A DNA stretch of 64,000 nucleotides from an uncultured Oscillospiraceae bacterium (GCA_964544955.1 CAZJEB010000007.1:2647-66646); one strand, 5' to 3'; positions 10,279 through 20,244 are shown, numbered from the stretch's first letter. Notes: a model not told the origin generated them from the letters alone. Numbers and translations: made by a program.

Positions 10279-12039
10279 TTAATTATTAAAAATAAAGTTA
10301 ATAGTTTTACAATTATACTTATGCCCAACTGGTTTATATGTAAAATCAAATGATTCAATTATAAACTTATAATGACTTAATAAATCAATATATTCTTTTA
10401 TATAAATTATTTGTGATTCATTTGCATTTAAATCAGCAATTTTATTTCCGTTTATATTAATATTTGCATTTTTAGGCAAAATTAAATCAATAGCTATATT
10501 ATCTTTTTTATTTTTCAATTTTGCCATATCAATTATTAAAGAACTAGGTAAATCAATACTATACTGTGTTTTATTTAACTTGGTAAAGTTAACGGCCTCT
10601 TTATTAAAATTTATTTTAGTAATAAAAGTAACATAATCTAAACTTTCAAAACTTTTGTTTGGATATTTAAATATATGATCAGATGGTTTTGGCCAAATTA
10701 TTATATCTACATTTTTCCCCATACATAATACTGAAAATCCATTTTCAATATTTGATAAGTAAGCATCAGACAATACAAAGTAGGGCTTATTGTTATGGCT
10801 TACAACTAAATAGTTTCTATTATCATACTTTGACAAGCAAAATATTTCAACAACCTTTCCCTTTGTTATAATATTTATAGCTTCCATCGGTGTTATATTA
10901 ATTAGCTTATTATCAACCATAATTTGAGGCTTAAATAACTCTGTTTCTTTACAAAGCCAAACCTCTTTATCTTTATAAACTCCTCTAAAAAGGATTTGAA
11001 TATTGCAAAACTCTATTATACTTTTTCCAAATTCTAAGCTATTAAAAACAACAGAAATTTCATTAGAATCTTTACAAATTAATAATTTTGTTTCATTACT
11101 TTTAATGCCTTTTGAATTTGCTAAGTTATAAGCTTTTTCTTTTTCTATAACATAAAATTCCTCAAAGCAATTAATCGCCCTAAAAAAGTTCTTTGTTTTA
11201 TTTAATAAGCACTCAATTTTAGAACTATTATATTCTATATTGTATGGATTGCAAATTTCAAAATAATCAGAAAAGCAAAATATACTCTGACCTTTACTAA
11301 TTAGTATACTTAATACCTCAATTAAGTCTTGATTACTGCTTATAGTATCTAAAACACTTATATTGCATAAACTATAATTATTTAAATAATTATTATAATT
11401 TGTTTCTTTGTTTATATTAATAATACTGTATGAGTTATTATCAACATTATTATCATTTATCCAATATATATCAACAGGTATACTATTATCATTAAAAATT
11501 TTTATTACTTCATTGAATGCTTTTGATTTCTCAGTTTTAGATTCAAAAAAATAGTCATCAAAATCCATAGATACTCCAATAATTGGCCCATTTTGAACAG
11601 AGTACATATCGCCAAAGCTATTATGTAAAATACTAATAAACCTATTTAGATGATTTATATTTGCAGTATTATTAAAATTATTAAAGCAATCAATATGCCT
11701 TAAATAAGATGGCAAACCATTATATTCTATGTTAGCAAAAGGAATAAAATTTATTATTACAAACATTCCTATTTTTGAACAATATTTCAATAATTTATGT
11801 ATATTGTTTTGTTCAAATAAATAATATTTACCTTCAAAAATTTCTATATCAGCCCAAACAACATTAATTCTTATACCATTTATTCCAGAATTTTTTAAAT
11901 TTATTAAGCTTTCTTCCCAAAATTCTTTTTCAATTGTAGTATAAGAAAAATCGGTACAAAAAACTGCGATTGATGCAGGTTTTATTGTACCAATATTATC
12001 ATCAATATATTTGCTAATTTTAAAAGGATAAATAATCAT
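10279..12039 (-). CDS. Divergent GH35-family (beta-galactosidase-like) protein; catalytic Glu residues apparently not conserved
   Basis: N-terminal FWEESLINLKNSGINGIRINVVWADIEIFEGKYYLF...ANIEYNGLPSYL aligns by eye with the GH35 pattern W.d.L.k.K.aGLN.i.tYV.WN.HEP..G.y.F...AEWe.GGLP.WL. SMDFDDY sits where ENEYG is expected. Very AT-rich and Asn/Ile-rich, with no SD before the ATG. Confidence 0.45.
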   Translation of the reverse strand: MIIYPFKISKYIDDNIGTIKPASIAVFCTDFSYTTIEKEFWEESLINLKNSGINGIRINVVWADIEIFEGKYYLFEQNNIHKLLKYCSKIGMFVIINFIPFANIEYNGLPSYLRHIDCFNNFNNTANINHLNRFISILHNSFGDMYSVQNGPIIGVSMDFDDYFFESKTEKSKAFNEVIKIFNDNSIPVDIYWINDNNVDNNSYSIININKETNYNNYLNNYSLCNISVLDTISSNQDLIEVLSILISKGQSIFCFSDYFEICNPYNIEYNSSKIECLLNKTKNFFRAINCFEEFYVIEKEKAYNLANSKGIKSNETKLLICKDSNEISVVFNSLEFGKSIIEFCNIQILFRGVYKDKEVWLCKETELFKPQIMVDNKLINITPMEAINIITKGKVVEIFCLSKYDNRNYLVVSHNNKPYFVLSDAYLSNIENGFSVLCMGKNVDIIIWPKPSDHIFKYPNKSFESLDYVTFITKINFNKEAVNFTKLNKTQYSIDLPSSLIIDMAKLKNKKDNIAIDLILPKNANININGNKIADLNANESQIIYIKEYIDLLSHYKFIIESFDFTYKPVGHKYNCKTINFIFNN

Positions 12040-12051
12040 ATGGTGTTGATA

Positions 12052-12966
12052 CTACTCAAAATTTATTTTTGAATATTTTAAATCAATCTTTGGTGCGCTA
12101 TATTCACAGCCTTCATCAAACTTTACTGTTTCTGGTGGGGTTTCTAGCTTTTCAGGTTCATTTAAATATTCCATAATATAAGCAAATAGCTTAGCATAAA
12201 CTGCACCAGCGCATACCCTTTCATCTGCTGTAACACCTAATGGTAAAAGTCTATTTCTCTTTATGCTACCATCTTTTAACATTTTAAATGATCTTTTAAC
12301 TGCACCCATGGAAATAAACATTGTGGTAGTCCCAAAATTGTAAACATGGTGGTTTACATTTGCCATACCAATTGAAGCCATATTTGTAATAAACATACTA
12401 GTATGGAATGGCGATAAATCAACAATAATTTTTGGCATTAGACCATATCTATCTAAAAACTTTAAAAAACCTACAGCAACTGTTGGTAATAAAGGAACCT
12501 TCATTAAAAATTTGGCTAATTTTAAAGTTGAATTATTTGTTTCTGGTTTTTGATTTTCAATAACATCCTTTTTTACCCTGGCAACTACATCATATATAGT
12601 ATCATATGGGTCAAATTTAACTTTAACAACAGTTTCCTCTAATGGAGCCCCTTCTTCTACGTGCCTAAGTATAGTAAAAGAAACTGTAAGTTCCTTTCTA
12701 GAATACAACATTTTATTAACCACAAACCTGTTAACTTCAGGCAATTGTGATACCGACCTAACAAAAGCAGCAATAATTATTTCCATAAAAGTAATTTTAT
12801 AGCCTTCTTTTGCTTTTTTGGCTATATAATTAGCTAATACATCATATTGTAAATCTTGATTTAAAAATACTTGAGCATCTACCCTTGTTGGCATTATATA
12901 TGAGGTAATTTCAACCAATGGATCCATGTTTTTAACTTTTTTACCCTCAGGTCTAATTCCAAACAT
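12052..12966 (-). CDS. Stand-alone 2-oxoacid-dehydrogenase-E2/CAT-like acyltransferase-fold protein with a variant active-site motif
   Basis: 304 aa. C-terminal LPLGVTADERVCAGAVYAKLFAYIMEYLNEP aligns by eye with the E2 catalytic-domain end (S.DHRviDGa.aa.Fl..l...le.P). No lipoyl or E3-binding domains. GGAGG precedes the start. Confidence 0.5.
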   Translation of the reverse strand: MFGIRPEGKKVKNMDPLVEITSYIMPTRVDAQVFLNQDLQYDVLANYIAKKAKEGYKITFMEIIIAAFVRSVSQLPEVNRFVVNKMLYSRKELTVSFTILRHVEEGAPLEETVVKVKFDPYDTIYDVVARVKKDVIENQKPETNNSTLKLAKFLMKVPLLPTVAVGFLKFLDRYGLMPKIIVDLSPFHTSMFITNMASIGMANVNHHVYNFGTTTMFISMGAVKRSFKMLKDGSIKRNRLLPLGVTADERVCAGAVYAKLFAYIMEYLNEPEKLETPPETVKFDEGCEYSAPKIDLKYSKINFE

Positions 12967-12977
12967 TATATTCCTCC

Positions 12978-13604
12978 TTAGCTTATAATACTTATAAGTT
13001 CTTCTAAATTTTTTGCTATTATAGCATTACTAGTTTTTAGCTTTTGCAATGATTGGTGCCCGTTCATAACTAATATACATTTAGCACCAATTTCACTAGC
13101 TACTTCAAAATCATGTAATGTATCGCCTATAAGAAAATACTCATAAGCATTATTTTTACTAACAAAGTTTTTTGCTAGCTCTACTTTACTTTTAGCGTAA
13201 ATATTATCTAAACCAAACACATAATTAAAAGTATTATGTAATTTAAACTGATTAATTTGTTCATTTAATATGTTTATGTTTGATGCCGATAATAAAACTT
13301 GAATATAATTTTTCTTTTTAAATTCATTTATTGTTTCCAATGCATTGTATCGTAGATTCATTTTATGGCTTAACAACATATATTCATCAACCCATTTATG
13401 AGCAATTTCCACAAAATTATCCTCGGTAACACCTGCATTAAAATAATAATCTTTTATAGGGAAAGTAAATTCATCTCTATATTGTTCAACACTATTAAGC
13501 ATAGGTAGCCCGTATTGCTTAAAAACTTTATTACGAGCTAATATTCCTTCATTTACATCATCTAAAAGCGTTCCATTCCAATCCCAAATTATGCATTTAT
13601 TCAT
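12978..13604 (-). CDS. HAD-superfamily hydrolase (PGP-like), motif I DWNGT
   Basis: Motif I IIWDWNGTLLDD, motif II LLSAS, a motif III Lys, motif IV GDTLHD. The start overlaps the proS stop (TAATG). Confidence 0.75.
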   Translation of the reverse strand: MNKCIIWDWNGTLLDDVNEGILARNKVFKQYGLPMLNSVEQYRDEFTFPIKDYYFNAGVTEDNFVEIAHKWVDEYMLLSHKMNLRYNALETINEFKKKNYIQVLLSASNINILNEQINQFKLHNTFNYVFGLDNIYAKSKVELAKNFVSKNNAYEYFLIGDTLHDFEVASEIGAKCILVMNGHQSLQKLKTSNAIIAKNLEELISIIS

Positions 13605-15043
13605 TAATAAGCCTTAGAGAAATAAATAAGTTTTTCTGCTTTTTTACCACAACAAACACATGTTTCAGCTATGGGAGTTTGATCAAAAGGCATATTCCTA
13701 GATGTTGCACCAGCAACTTCCTTAATTTTTTCTTCGCATTCAACATCGCCACACCACATTGCCCTTGCAAACCCTGTTTGTACTTGTTCATTTAGCTCAT
13801 CCATATTAAATACGTCTTCTATACGATCATTTCTAAATTTAAGGGCTTGATTATATAATTCCTTTTGAATTTGGTTAAGTAATACGCTTACATTATTTAA
13901 CAACAAAGATCTAGAAAAACTGCCTTTTTCTAATGTATCACGTCTAAAATAAGTTATAACGCCTTGTTCAATATCCCTTGGCCCTACTTCTATACGAAGA
14001 GGTATGCCTTTTAATTCGCAATCATTAAACTTATAACCAGCGCTTAATGTATCCCTATCATCAACATCAACTCTGATACCGACAGCTTTTAATTGGTTAG
14101 CAATTTCATCACAAGCTTCTAACACACCTTCTTTGTGATGTGCAATTGGAATAATTTGAACTTGGATAGGAGCTATTGCAGGTGGCAATCTTAAACCACG
14201 CTCATCGCCATGGGTCATAATAATAGCGCCAATAAGCCTTGTTGATACTCCCCAGCTTGTTTCCGATACATATTCAAGTTTTCCATCTTTGCTTAGGAAC
14301 TTTATATCAAAAGCTTCTGCAAACCTTGTTCCAAAGTTGTGGCTAGTTCCCGCTTGTAAAGCCTTGCCATCTTGCATCATAGCTTCAATACTATATGTAC
14401 TATTAGCACCAGCAAATTTTTCCTTTTGAGTTTTTTCACCAACCAAAACAGGAATAGCTAAACTATTTTCAGCCATATCCCTATAAATTTCTAATATATC
14501 AAGGGTTTCTGTTTGTGCTTCTTCTGCAGTGGCATGAATTGTATGGCCTTCTTGCCACAAAAACTCACTTGTTCTCAAAAATGGTCTAGTACTTTTTTCC
14601 CAACGCATAACTGAGCACCATTGATTATACTTCATAGGAAGATCGCGCCATGAAGATACCCATTTTGAATACATTGTGCAAAACATAGTTTCACTAGTAG
14701 GTCTAACAGCTAATCTTTCTTGTAAAACATCTTTACCGCCTTGAGTTACCCAAGCAACTTCTGGCGCAAAACCTTCAACATGCTCAGCTTCTTTCAAAAG
14801 TAAGCTTTCAGGTATTAACATTGGCATATAAACATTTTCATGCCCTGTTTCTTTAAAGCGTTTATCTAAAACCCTTTGTATGGATTCCCAAATTGCATAA
14901 CCATAAGGGCGTAATACCATACAACCTCTAACGGGTGCATAATCAACTAATTTTGATTGTAGTATAACATCTGTATACCATTGAGAAAAATCTTCATTTC
15001 TTGGTGTAATGTGAGTTACAAACCCCTTATTATCTTTTGCCAT
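13604..15043 (-). CDS. proS: Proline--tRNA ligase (archaeal/eukaryote-like type, no INS editing domain)
   Basis: 479 aa class II aaRS with a C-terminal Cys-rich domain (CVCCGKKA) ending in Tyr. AGGAGG precedes the ATG. Confidence 0.9.
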   Translation of the reverse strand: MAKDNKGFVTHITPRNEDFSQWYTDVILQSKLVDYAPVRGCMVLRPYGYAIWESIQRVLDKRFKETGHENVYMPMLIPESLLLKEAEHVEGFAPEVAWVTQGGKDVLQERLAVRPTSETMFCTMYSKWVSSWRDLPMKYNQWCSVMRWEKSTRPFLRTSEFLWQEGHTIHATAEEAQTETLDILEIYRDMAENSLAIPVLVGEKTQKEKFAGANSTYSIEAMMQDGKALQAGTSHNFGTRFAEAFDIKFLSKDGKLEYVSETSWGVSTRLIGAIIMTHGDERGLRLPPAIAPIQVQIIPIAHHKEGVLEACDEIANQLKAVGIRVDVDDRDTLSAGYKFNDCELKGIPLRIEVGPRDIEQGVITYFRRDTLEKGSFSRSLLLNNVSVLLNQIQKELYNQALKFRNDRIEDVFNMDELNEQVQTGFARAMWCGDVECEEKIKEVAGATSRNMPFDQTPIAETCVCCGKKAEKLIYFSKAY

Positions 15044-15090
15044 TTTTCCTCCTAGAATTTGCGCATATTAGCTATTTTATAAGCTTATAT

Positions 15091-15119
15091 ATTGTATCAC
15101 TTTGATATTCAATTTTCAA
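15091..15119 (-). promoter_or_regulatory. Sigma-A-type promoter of proS
   Basis: On the minus strand: TTGAAA (rc of 15114-15119), 17-nt spacer, TACAAT (rc of 15091-15096). The leader is too short for a T-box. Confidence 0.5.
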
Positions 15120-15155
15120 GGAAAATACAACAGTTACATTAATTTTGTTAAATAA

Positions 15156-15181
15156 AAAAGCTGGGTATAAACCCAACTTTT
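15156..15181 (-). terminator. Intrinsic terminator after the ABC transporter operon
   Basis: Minus-strand hairpin AAGTTGGGT-TTAT-ACCCAGCTT followed by a U-run. Confidence 0.7.
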
Positions 15182-15190
15182 AACTTTTTA

Positions 15191-16177
15191 CTATCTTTTG
15201 CCTTTATCGTAAGGGATACCCTCTGCTTTTGGCGCCCTTGAGTTTTTACTTGTGAGTACAAGAACGAGCATTGTAACTAAATATGGAAGCATTAAATATA
15301 TGTACTCTGAAGATTTAATACTTTCAAACTTAGGCAAGAAAGGTATACTTGAGGCATAAGCACTAATTATTTTAAACAAAGCAAAGAACAACGATGCTCC
15401 AAGAATGTTTAGTGGTTTCCAGTTACCAAATATCATAACAGCTAAGGCTAAGAAACCGTAACCTGCAACTGTAGATAAGAATCCAGACCCTGCAGCAAAC
15501 GTGTAGGCTAAACCACCTATTCCAGCTAAAAACCCTGATATTCCAACACCTAAATAACGCATTTTATAAACATTTATACCAAGAGAGTCAGCCGCTTGAG
15601 GATGTTCACCACAAGCACTAAGCCTTAGACCTAGCTTTGTTTTATAAAGGAATACATAGGCTACAATAAAAATTATTATTGTTATAGGTGTAGTAATAAA
15701 CAAGCTTTTAAACAAGAATGTGTTAAGGAATGTATCTGTTTGGGCTATGCCTAAAGATTCATAGGAAATTCTTGTCCAGTTAGGGATTATAATATTTGTG
15801 TTACCTTGACCTTGTATATGCCATGTTATAACAATAGCAGCAGCAGGAGCAAGCATATTAAGTGCTGTACCACCTATAGTTTGGTTAGCTTTTAAATGTA
15901 TTGATGCAAATGCCAATAACATAGAAAAAACTAAACCACATACACCTGCAAACAATATAGATATAAGCGTTGCTGTTTGCGGTGATTGAACGCCAAACCC
16001 GGTACCATCAAAATATTTTAGTAATAAACAGCCAGCTAAAGCACCAATAACCATGATACCTTCAAGAGCAATATTTATTACGCCTGAGCGTTCTGAGAAC
16101 ATTCCACCTAAAGCCACAAGCAAAAGAGGAACAGCAAATAGTACGGTAGCACTTAAAATATCTGCTAATATTAACAT
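15191..16177 (-). CDS. ABC transporter permease (BMP/nucleoside uptake type, NupQ-like)
   Basis: 328 aa polytopic membrane protein, last gene of the SBP-ATPase-permease-permease operon. Confidence 0.8.
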   Translation of the reverse strand: MLILADILSATVLFAVPLLLVALGGMFSERSGVINIALEGIMVIGALAGCLLLKYFDGTGFGVQSPQTATLISILFAGVCGLVFSMLLAFASIHLKANQTIGGTALNMLAPAAAIVITWHIQGQGNTNIIIPNWTRISYESLGIAQTDTFLNTFLFKSLFITTPITIIIFIVAYVFLYKTKLGLRLSACGEHPQAADSLGINVYKMRYLGVGISGFLAGIGGLAYTFAAGSGFLSTVAGYGFLALAVMIFGNWKPLNILGASLFFALFKIISAYASSIPFLPKFESIKSSEYIYLMLPYLVTMLVLVLTSKNSRAPKAEGIPYDKGKR

Positions 16178-16179
16178 AA

Positions 16180-17295
16180 TTAATTGCCTCCTTCACTTAT
16201 TTCAGCTTTTTTACTACGTTTTGTAAGTATTTTTACAAGTGTTTCACGCATTAATAAAGAAAATGCACTTAGGTAAATTATAACCGCTATAATAATATCT
16301 ATCATTTCTTTTGCAAACTCTGGCTGCATTGCATCCCCACCAACTTGTATGTAGGATATAAATATTGCCGAGAATATAGTTCCTATTGGATTTGAGGATG
16401 CAAGGAGTGCAACTGGTATACCATTAAAGCCCATCGCAGCAATTTCTTTAAGCAAAGTATATTGTGCTGTACCACTTAAGTAGTATATACCACCTGCCAT
16501 ACCGGCTAAAGCACCTGAAATAACCATTGATAAAACAATATTCCTTTTAGCATTTATGCCTGCATATATACTTGCATCTTTGTTATATCCGCATGCTTTA
16601 AGCTCATAGCCAAAAGTGGTTTTTTTAAGAATTACCCAAATTATTATAGCAACAACTATTGCAATAAATATTCCAACGTTTATATAAGGTGATTTCATTA
16701 ATTTATCTAAACCAAGCTTTGGTAAAATTGCATCTTCATTTGCAATTTTAAGCCCTGGTGTTCTGTCTGTATTAACCCTACCCCAAGCATTTGCAAGCAT
16801 TGTTGGTATATTATTTATTAATAAGTTTACAGTAAAAAGGCCAATCCAGTTAAACATAATAGATGTTATAACTTCGTTAACATTAAAATATGCCTTAAAA
16901 ATACCTGGTATTGCGCCCCATATGGCACCGCCAAGGATTGAAAAAAGTAAACATACTGGCCACGGAAGTTGTAATACTATTGCTGAGAATAGTGCAAAAA
17001 ATGCTCCCAATGTATATTGGCCTGATGCACCAATATTAAATAAACCAGTTTTAAAAGCAAAGCTTACTGATAGGCCAACAAGCATTAGTGGAGCTGCCAT
17101 ATATAGAACGCTACCAAGTTTTGCCGGGGAACGCAATCCAGTTATTAAAATGTTTTTTAAACCAAGTATAGCAAAGTTAGGGTTAAACACAAATAGCAAA
17201 ATTAAACCAAACAGTAAACCAGCTATAATAGAAATTATTGAAGATAGAAAACTAATGGTGCTTGGGTTATTAAGCATATTTTTTGATTTTTTCAT
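16180..17295 (-). CDS. ABC transporter permease (BMP/nucleoside uptake type, NupP-like)
   Basis: 371 aa polytopic membrane protein. The start overlaps the ATPase stop. Confidence 0.8.
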   Translation of the reverse strand: MKKSKNMLNNPSTISFLSSIISIIAGLLFGLILLFVFNPNFAILGLKNILITGLRSPAKLGSVLYMAAPLMLVGLSVSFAFKTGLFNIGASGQYTLGAFFALFSAIVLQLPWPVCLLFSILGGAIWGAIPGIFKAYFNVNEVITSIMFNWIGLFTVNLLINNIPTMLANAWGRVNTDRTPGLKIANEDAILPKLGLDKLMKSPYINVGIFIAIVVAIIIWVILKKTTFGYELKACGYNKDASIYAGINAKRNIVLSMVISGALAGMAGGIYYLSGTAQYTLLKEIAAMGFNGIPVALLASSNPIGTIFSAIFISYIQVGGDAMQPEFAKEMIDIIIAVIIYLSAFSLLMRETLVKILTKRSKKAEISEGGN

Positions 17296-18836
17296 TAATC
17301 CTTACCTCCAAATTTCTTTTGACGTTTAGCACCCGCCATATATAAACCTAATTCTTGAACATTTGTAGTTTTAGGATCAAATTCACCAACGATATTTCCT
17401 TCATATATAACAAGGATTCTATCAGGAACGTTTAAAACTTCATCTAGTTCAAGAGATACTAATAGTACTGCTTTACCATTATCCCTTTGATTTACTATTT
17501 GTTTATGAATGTATTCTATTGCACCTACGTCCAAACCCCTTGTAGGTTGAACTGCTATTAATACGCTTTTGCTATATTCAATTTCTCTTCCTACTATGGC
17601 TTTTTGTTGGTTACCGCCAGACATACTTCTTGCAACTGTTTTTATCCCTTGCCCAGATCGAACATCGTATTGTTGAACTAGCTGTTCTGAAAAATCTGCA
17701 ACTTTCTTTTCGTTTATGAAGCCAAGGTTTTGGAATTCTTTTTCCCAATACCTTCTAAGTACCATATTTTCTTTTAGTGAATAATCTAGTACTAGGCCAT
17801 GTTTATGCCTATCCTCAGGAATATGAGCTAAACCTTCAACAGATTTTTCCCTAATAGTTTTGTTGCTTACATCTTTACCATTAATAAACACATAACCTGA
17901 ATTTTGTTTTGTTAAACCTGTGATTGCTGCAACCAATTCCGACTGACCATTGCCTTCTATGCCCGCAATACAAAGAATTTCCCCTGCTTTTACATCAAAG
18001 CTTACATTATTTACTACATTTTTATTTTTGCGCTTTGAAAATACGCATAAATCTTTAACTGATAAATTAACATCTCCAGGTTCACGTTCAAGCTTTTCTA
18101 CAACGGTTTCTACTTCCCTACCAACCATCATTTTGGTAAGCTCTTCTTTACTAGTTTCAGGAACATTAACAGTACCAATAAATTTTCCTTTGCGAAGAAC
18201 TGTAACCCTATCTGCAACAGCCATAATTTCATTTAATTTATGGGTAATAAATAGTATGGATTTCCCTTCAGCCGTAAAAGACCTCATTATTTGCATAAGT
18301 TCATCAATTTCTTGGGGTGTAAGAACTGCAGTGGGCTCATCCATAATAAGAATTTCATTATCTCTATAAAGCATTTTTAATATTTCAACACGTTGTTGCA
18401 TGCCTACAGAAATATCCTGAATAATAGCATCAGGTTCAATTCTTAAGCCATATTTTTCGCTAAGATCCATAACTTTTTTACGGGCATTACGTTTATTTAG
18501 TATCCCTAATTTTGTTTCCTCAGCACCTAAAATAATATTATCTAAAACTGAAAACACTTCAACCAACTTAAAATGTTGATGCACCATACCAATTTGTAAG
18601 GTATTTGCGTCATTAGGGTTTTTAATTTTTACAACTTCGCCATTCTTTTTAATAATACCCTTTTCAGGTTGATATAAACCAAATAAAACGCTCATTAGTG
18701 TGCTTTTACCTGCACCATTTTCGCCTAATAAAGCGTGTATTTCGCCTTTTTTAAGTTGTAATGTAATATTATCGTTTGCTTTTATGCCAGGAAATTCTTT
18801 AGTAATACCCAACATTTCTATAACATATTCCGCCAT
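17295..18836 (-). CDS. ABC transporter ATP-binding protein with duplicated ATPase domains
   Basis: Walker A GENGAGKST, signature-like GMQQRVEI and SGGNQQK. 513 aa, typical of CUT2/BMP importers. Confidence 0.9.
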   Translation of the reverse strand: MAEYVIEMLGITKEFPGIKANDNITLQLKKGEIHALLGENGAGKSTLMSVLFGLYQPEKGIIKKNGEVVKIKNPNDANTLQIGMVHQHFKLVEVFSVLDNIILGAEETKLGILNKRNARKKVMDLSEKYGLRIEPDAIIQDISVGMQQRVEILKMLYRDNEILIMDEPTAVLTPQEIDELMQIMRSFTAEGKSILFITHKLNEIMAVADRVTVLRKGKFIGTVNVPETSKEELTKMMVGREVETVVEKLEREPGDVNLSVKDLCVFSKRKNKNVVNNVSFDVKAGEILCIAGIEGNGQSELVAAITGLTKQNSGYVFINGKDVSNKTIREKSVEGLAHIPEDRHKHGLVLDYSLKENMVLRRYWEKEFQNLGFINEKKVADFSEQLVQQYDVRSGQGIKTVARSMSGGNQQKAIVGREIEYSKSVLIAVQPTRGLDVGAIEYIHKQIVNQRDNGKAVLLVSLELDEVLNVPDRILVIYEGNIVGEFDPKTTNVQELGLYMAGAKRQKKFGGKD

Positions 18837-18862
18837 GTATTAATCCTTTCAGGATATCTTGC

Positions 18863-18899
18863 AAAAAACGCAGCACGCTTAACAAACGTACTGCGTTTT
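18863..18899 (-). terminator. Intra-operon hairpin/attenuator after the binding-protein gene
   Basis: Minus-strand AAAACGCAGTACG...CGTGCTGCGTTTT followed by a U-run, between the SBP and ATPase genes. Confidence 0.6.
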
Positions 18900-18915
18900 A
18901 TTGCATTAATATTTA

Positions 18916-19971
18916 TTATTCTTGATAATCTACTGTTAGGTTAGCAACTGTAGGATGAACATCTATTGCATCACTTATAGCTACTTCGCCTGATTTGATT
19001 TTTTCAAATAAAGCATTGTATTCGTCTAATGTGAAAGCGTTGAATCTCCAGCTACCTTCAGCTGTAGGTAAACCAACGCAATCTTCAGCTGCGCCTAAAA
19101 CTGCTGTTTTAGCAGAAAGGTCTTCAGGCCATACGCCATTGTTGTCGTAAAGTGCTTTTAATGAAAGCAATACTGAGTTGCCTAGTTCTTTCATTGCAGA
19201 TGTAATAACTAGTTCGTCTAAGTTGCTTTGGTCAACGTCAACACCGATAATTTTAGCTCCGCCTTCTCTAGCTGCTTGAAGAGCTGAGAATACAACGCCG
19301 CCGCCACATGCGAAAATTACTTCTGTTCCGTCTGTAATCCAGCCAGCCATTTTAGCTTTGATTTCATCTGAAGGAGCAAATGTGCCAGAGTACCAGTACT
19401 TAACATTGATATCGCTAATGCCAAGTTCAGCAGCTGCAACTTCAGCGCCTTGAACAAAGCCTTCACCATACCTAATAACTGCAGGAACAGCAATGCCGCC
19501 TAAGAAACCTAAGTTTTTATAGCCATCTTTAACAGCAGCGTAGCCAGCTAAGAAACCAGCTTGTTCTTCTTTATAAATAATGCAGTGTGTGTTTGCAGCA
19601 GCACCATCAGCCATATCATAGTCGATGAACAAGAAGTTTACTTCAGGATACATTTCCTGTGCGATTTCGATTGTTTCGATAAACAAATAACCTGGGCAAA
19701 CTATAACTTTTGCACCTTTATCAATTGCAGCTGTAATAGCTTCAACACGTGAATCTGTAGAGTCTTCCTTAGGCCTATAATAAGCATAAGTTTTGCCGTT
19801 TTCTTCAGCATATTGTTTTGTAGCTTCCCATGTGTATTGGTTAAAAGATTGGTCGTCGATATTACCAACGTCAGTAACCATAGCTATTTCGTAAGTACCT
19901 TCTGCAAGAGTAGCAGGGGCCAATGCCATAACTAAAATGGCGCAAAGAATAATAGAAATTATTTTTCTCAT
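18916..19971 (-). CDS. BMP-family (PnrA/Med-like) substrate-binding protein
   Basis: Signal peptide MRKIISIILCAILVMALAPATLA. The start was moved to the second ATG (19971), because the first ATG is part of the GGAGGAG SD. Confidence 0.85.
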   Translation of the reverse strand: MRKIISIILCAILVMALAPATLAEGTYEIAMVTDVGNIDDQSFNQYTWEATKQYAEENGKTYAYYRPKEDSTDSRVEAITAAIDKGAKVIVCPGYLFIETIEIAQEMYPEVNFLFIDYDMADGAAANTHCIIYKEEQAGFLAGYAAVKDGYKNLGFLGGIAVPAVIRYGEGFVQGAEVAAAELGISDINVKYWYSGTFAPSDEIKAKMAGWITDGTEVIFACGGGVVFSALQAAREGGAKIIGVDVDQSNLDELVITSAMKELGNSVLLSLKALYDNNGVWPEDLSAKTAVLGAAEDCVGLPTAEGSWRFNAFTLDEYNALFEKIKSGEVAISDAIDVHPTVANLTVDYQE

Positions 19972-20244
19972 TGGAATCTCCTCCATTATTATAAAATTGA
20001 AACATGAGGTTTCTTTAAAATTATTATAACAGATAAATTTAAAATTGCAATATAAAATAAACTTTTTAAGGCATATTATTGTATATTATGGTTTTAAAAA
20101 CATTGTTTTAAGTATTATTAATATAAAACTAATACTTTTTGTTGTTGATTTAAATAAATTAATACAATCAATAATTATTTTAAATAATTGCAAATAATAT
20201 GTAATATTATTATACTAAATGTATTATTTAAATTTGGAGGATAT

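Noticed and set aside
15044-15190. Possible T-box upstream of proS
   Set aside because: Only about 45 nt lie between the predicted -10 and the RBS. There is no T-box sequence or terminator hairpin apart from the upstream operon terminator.
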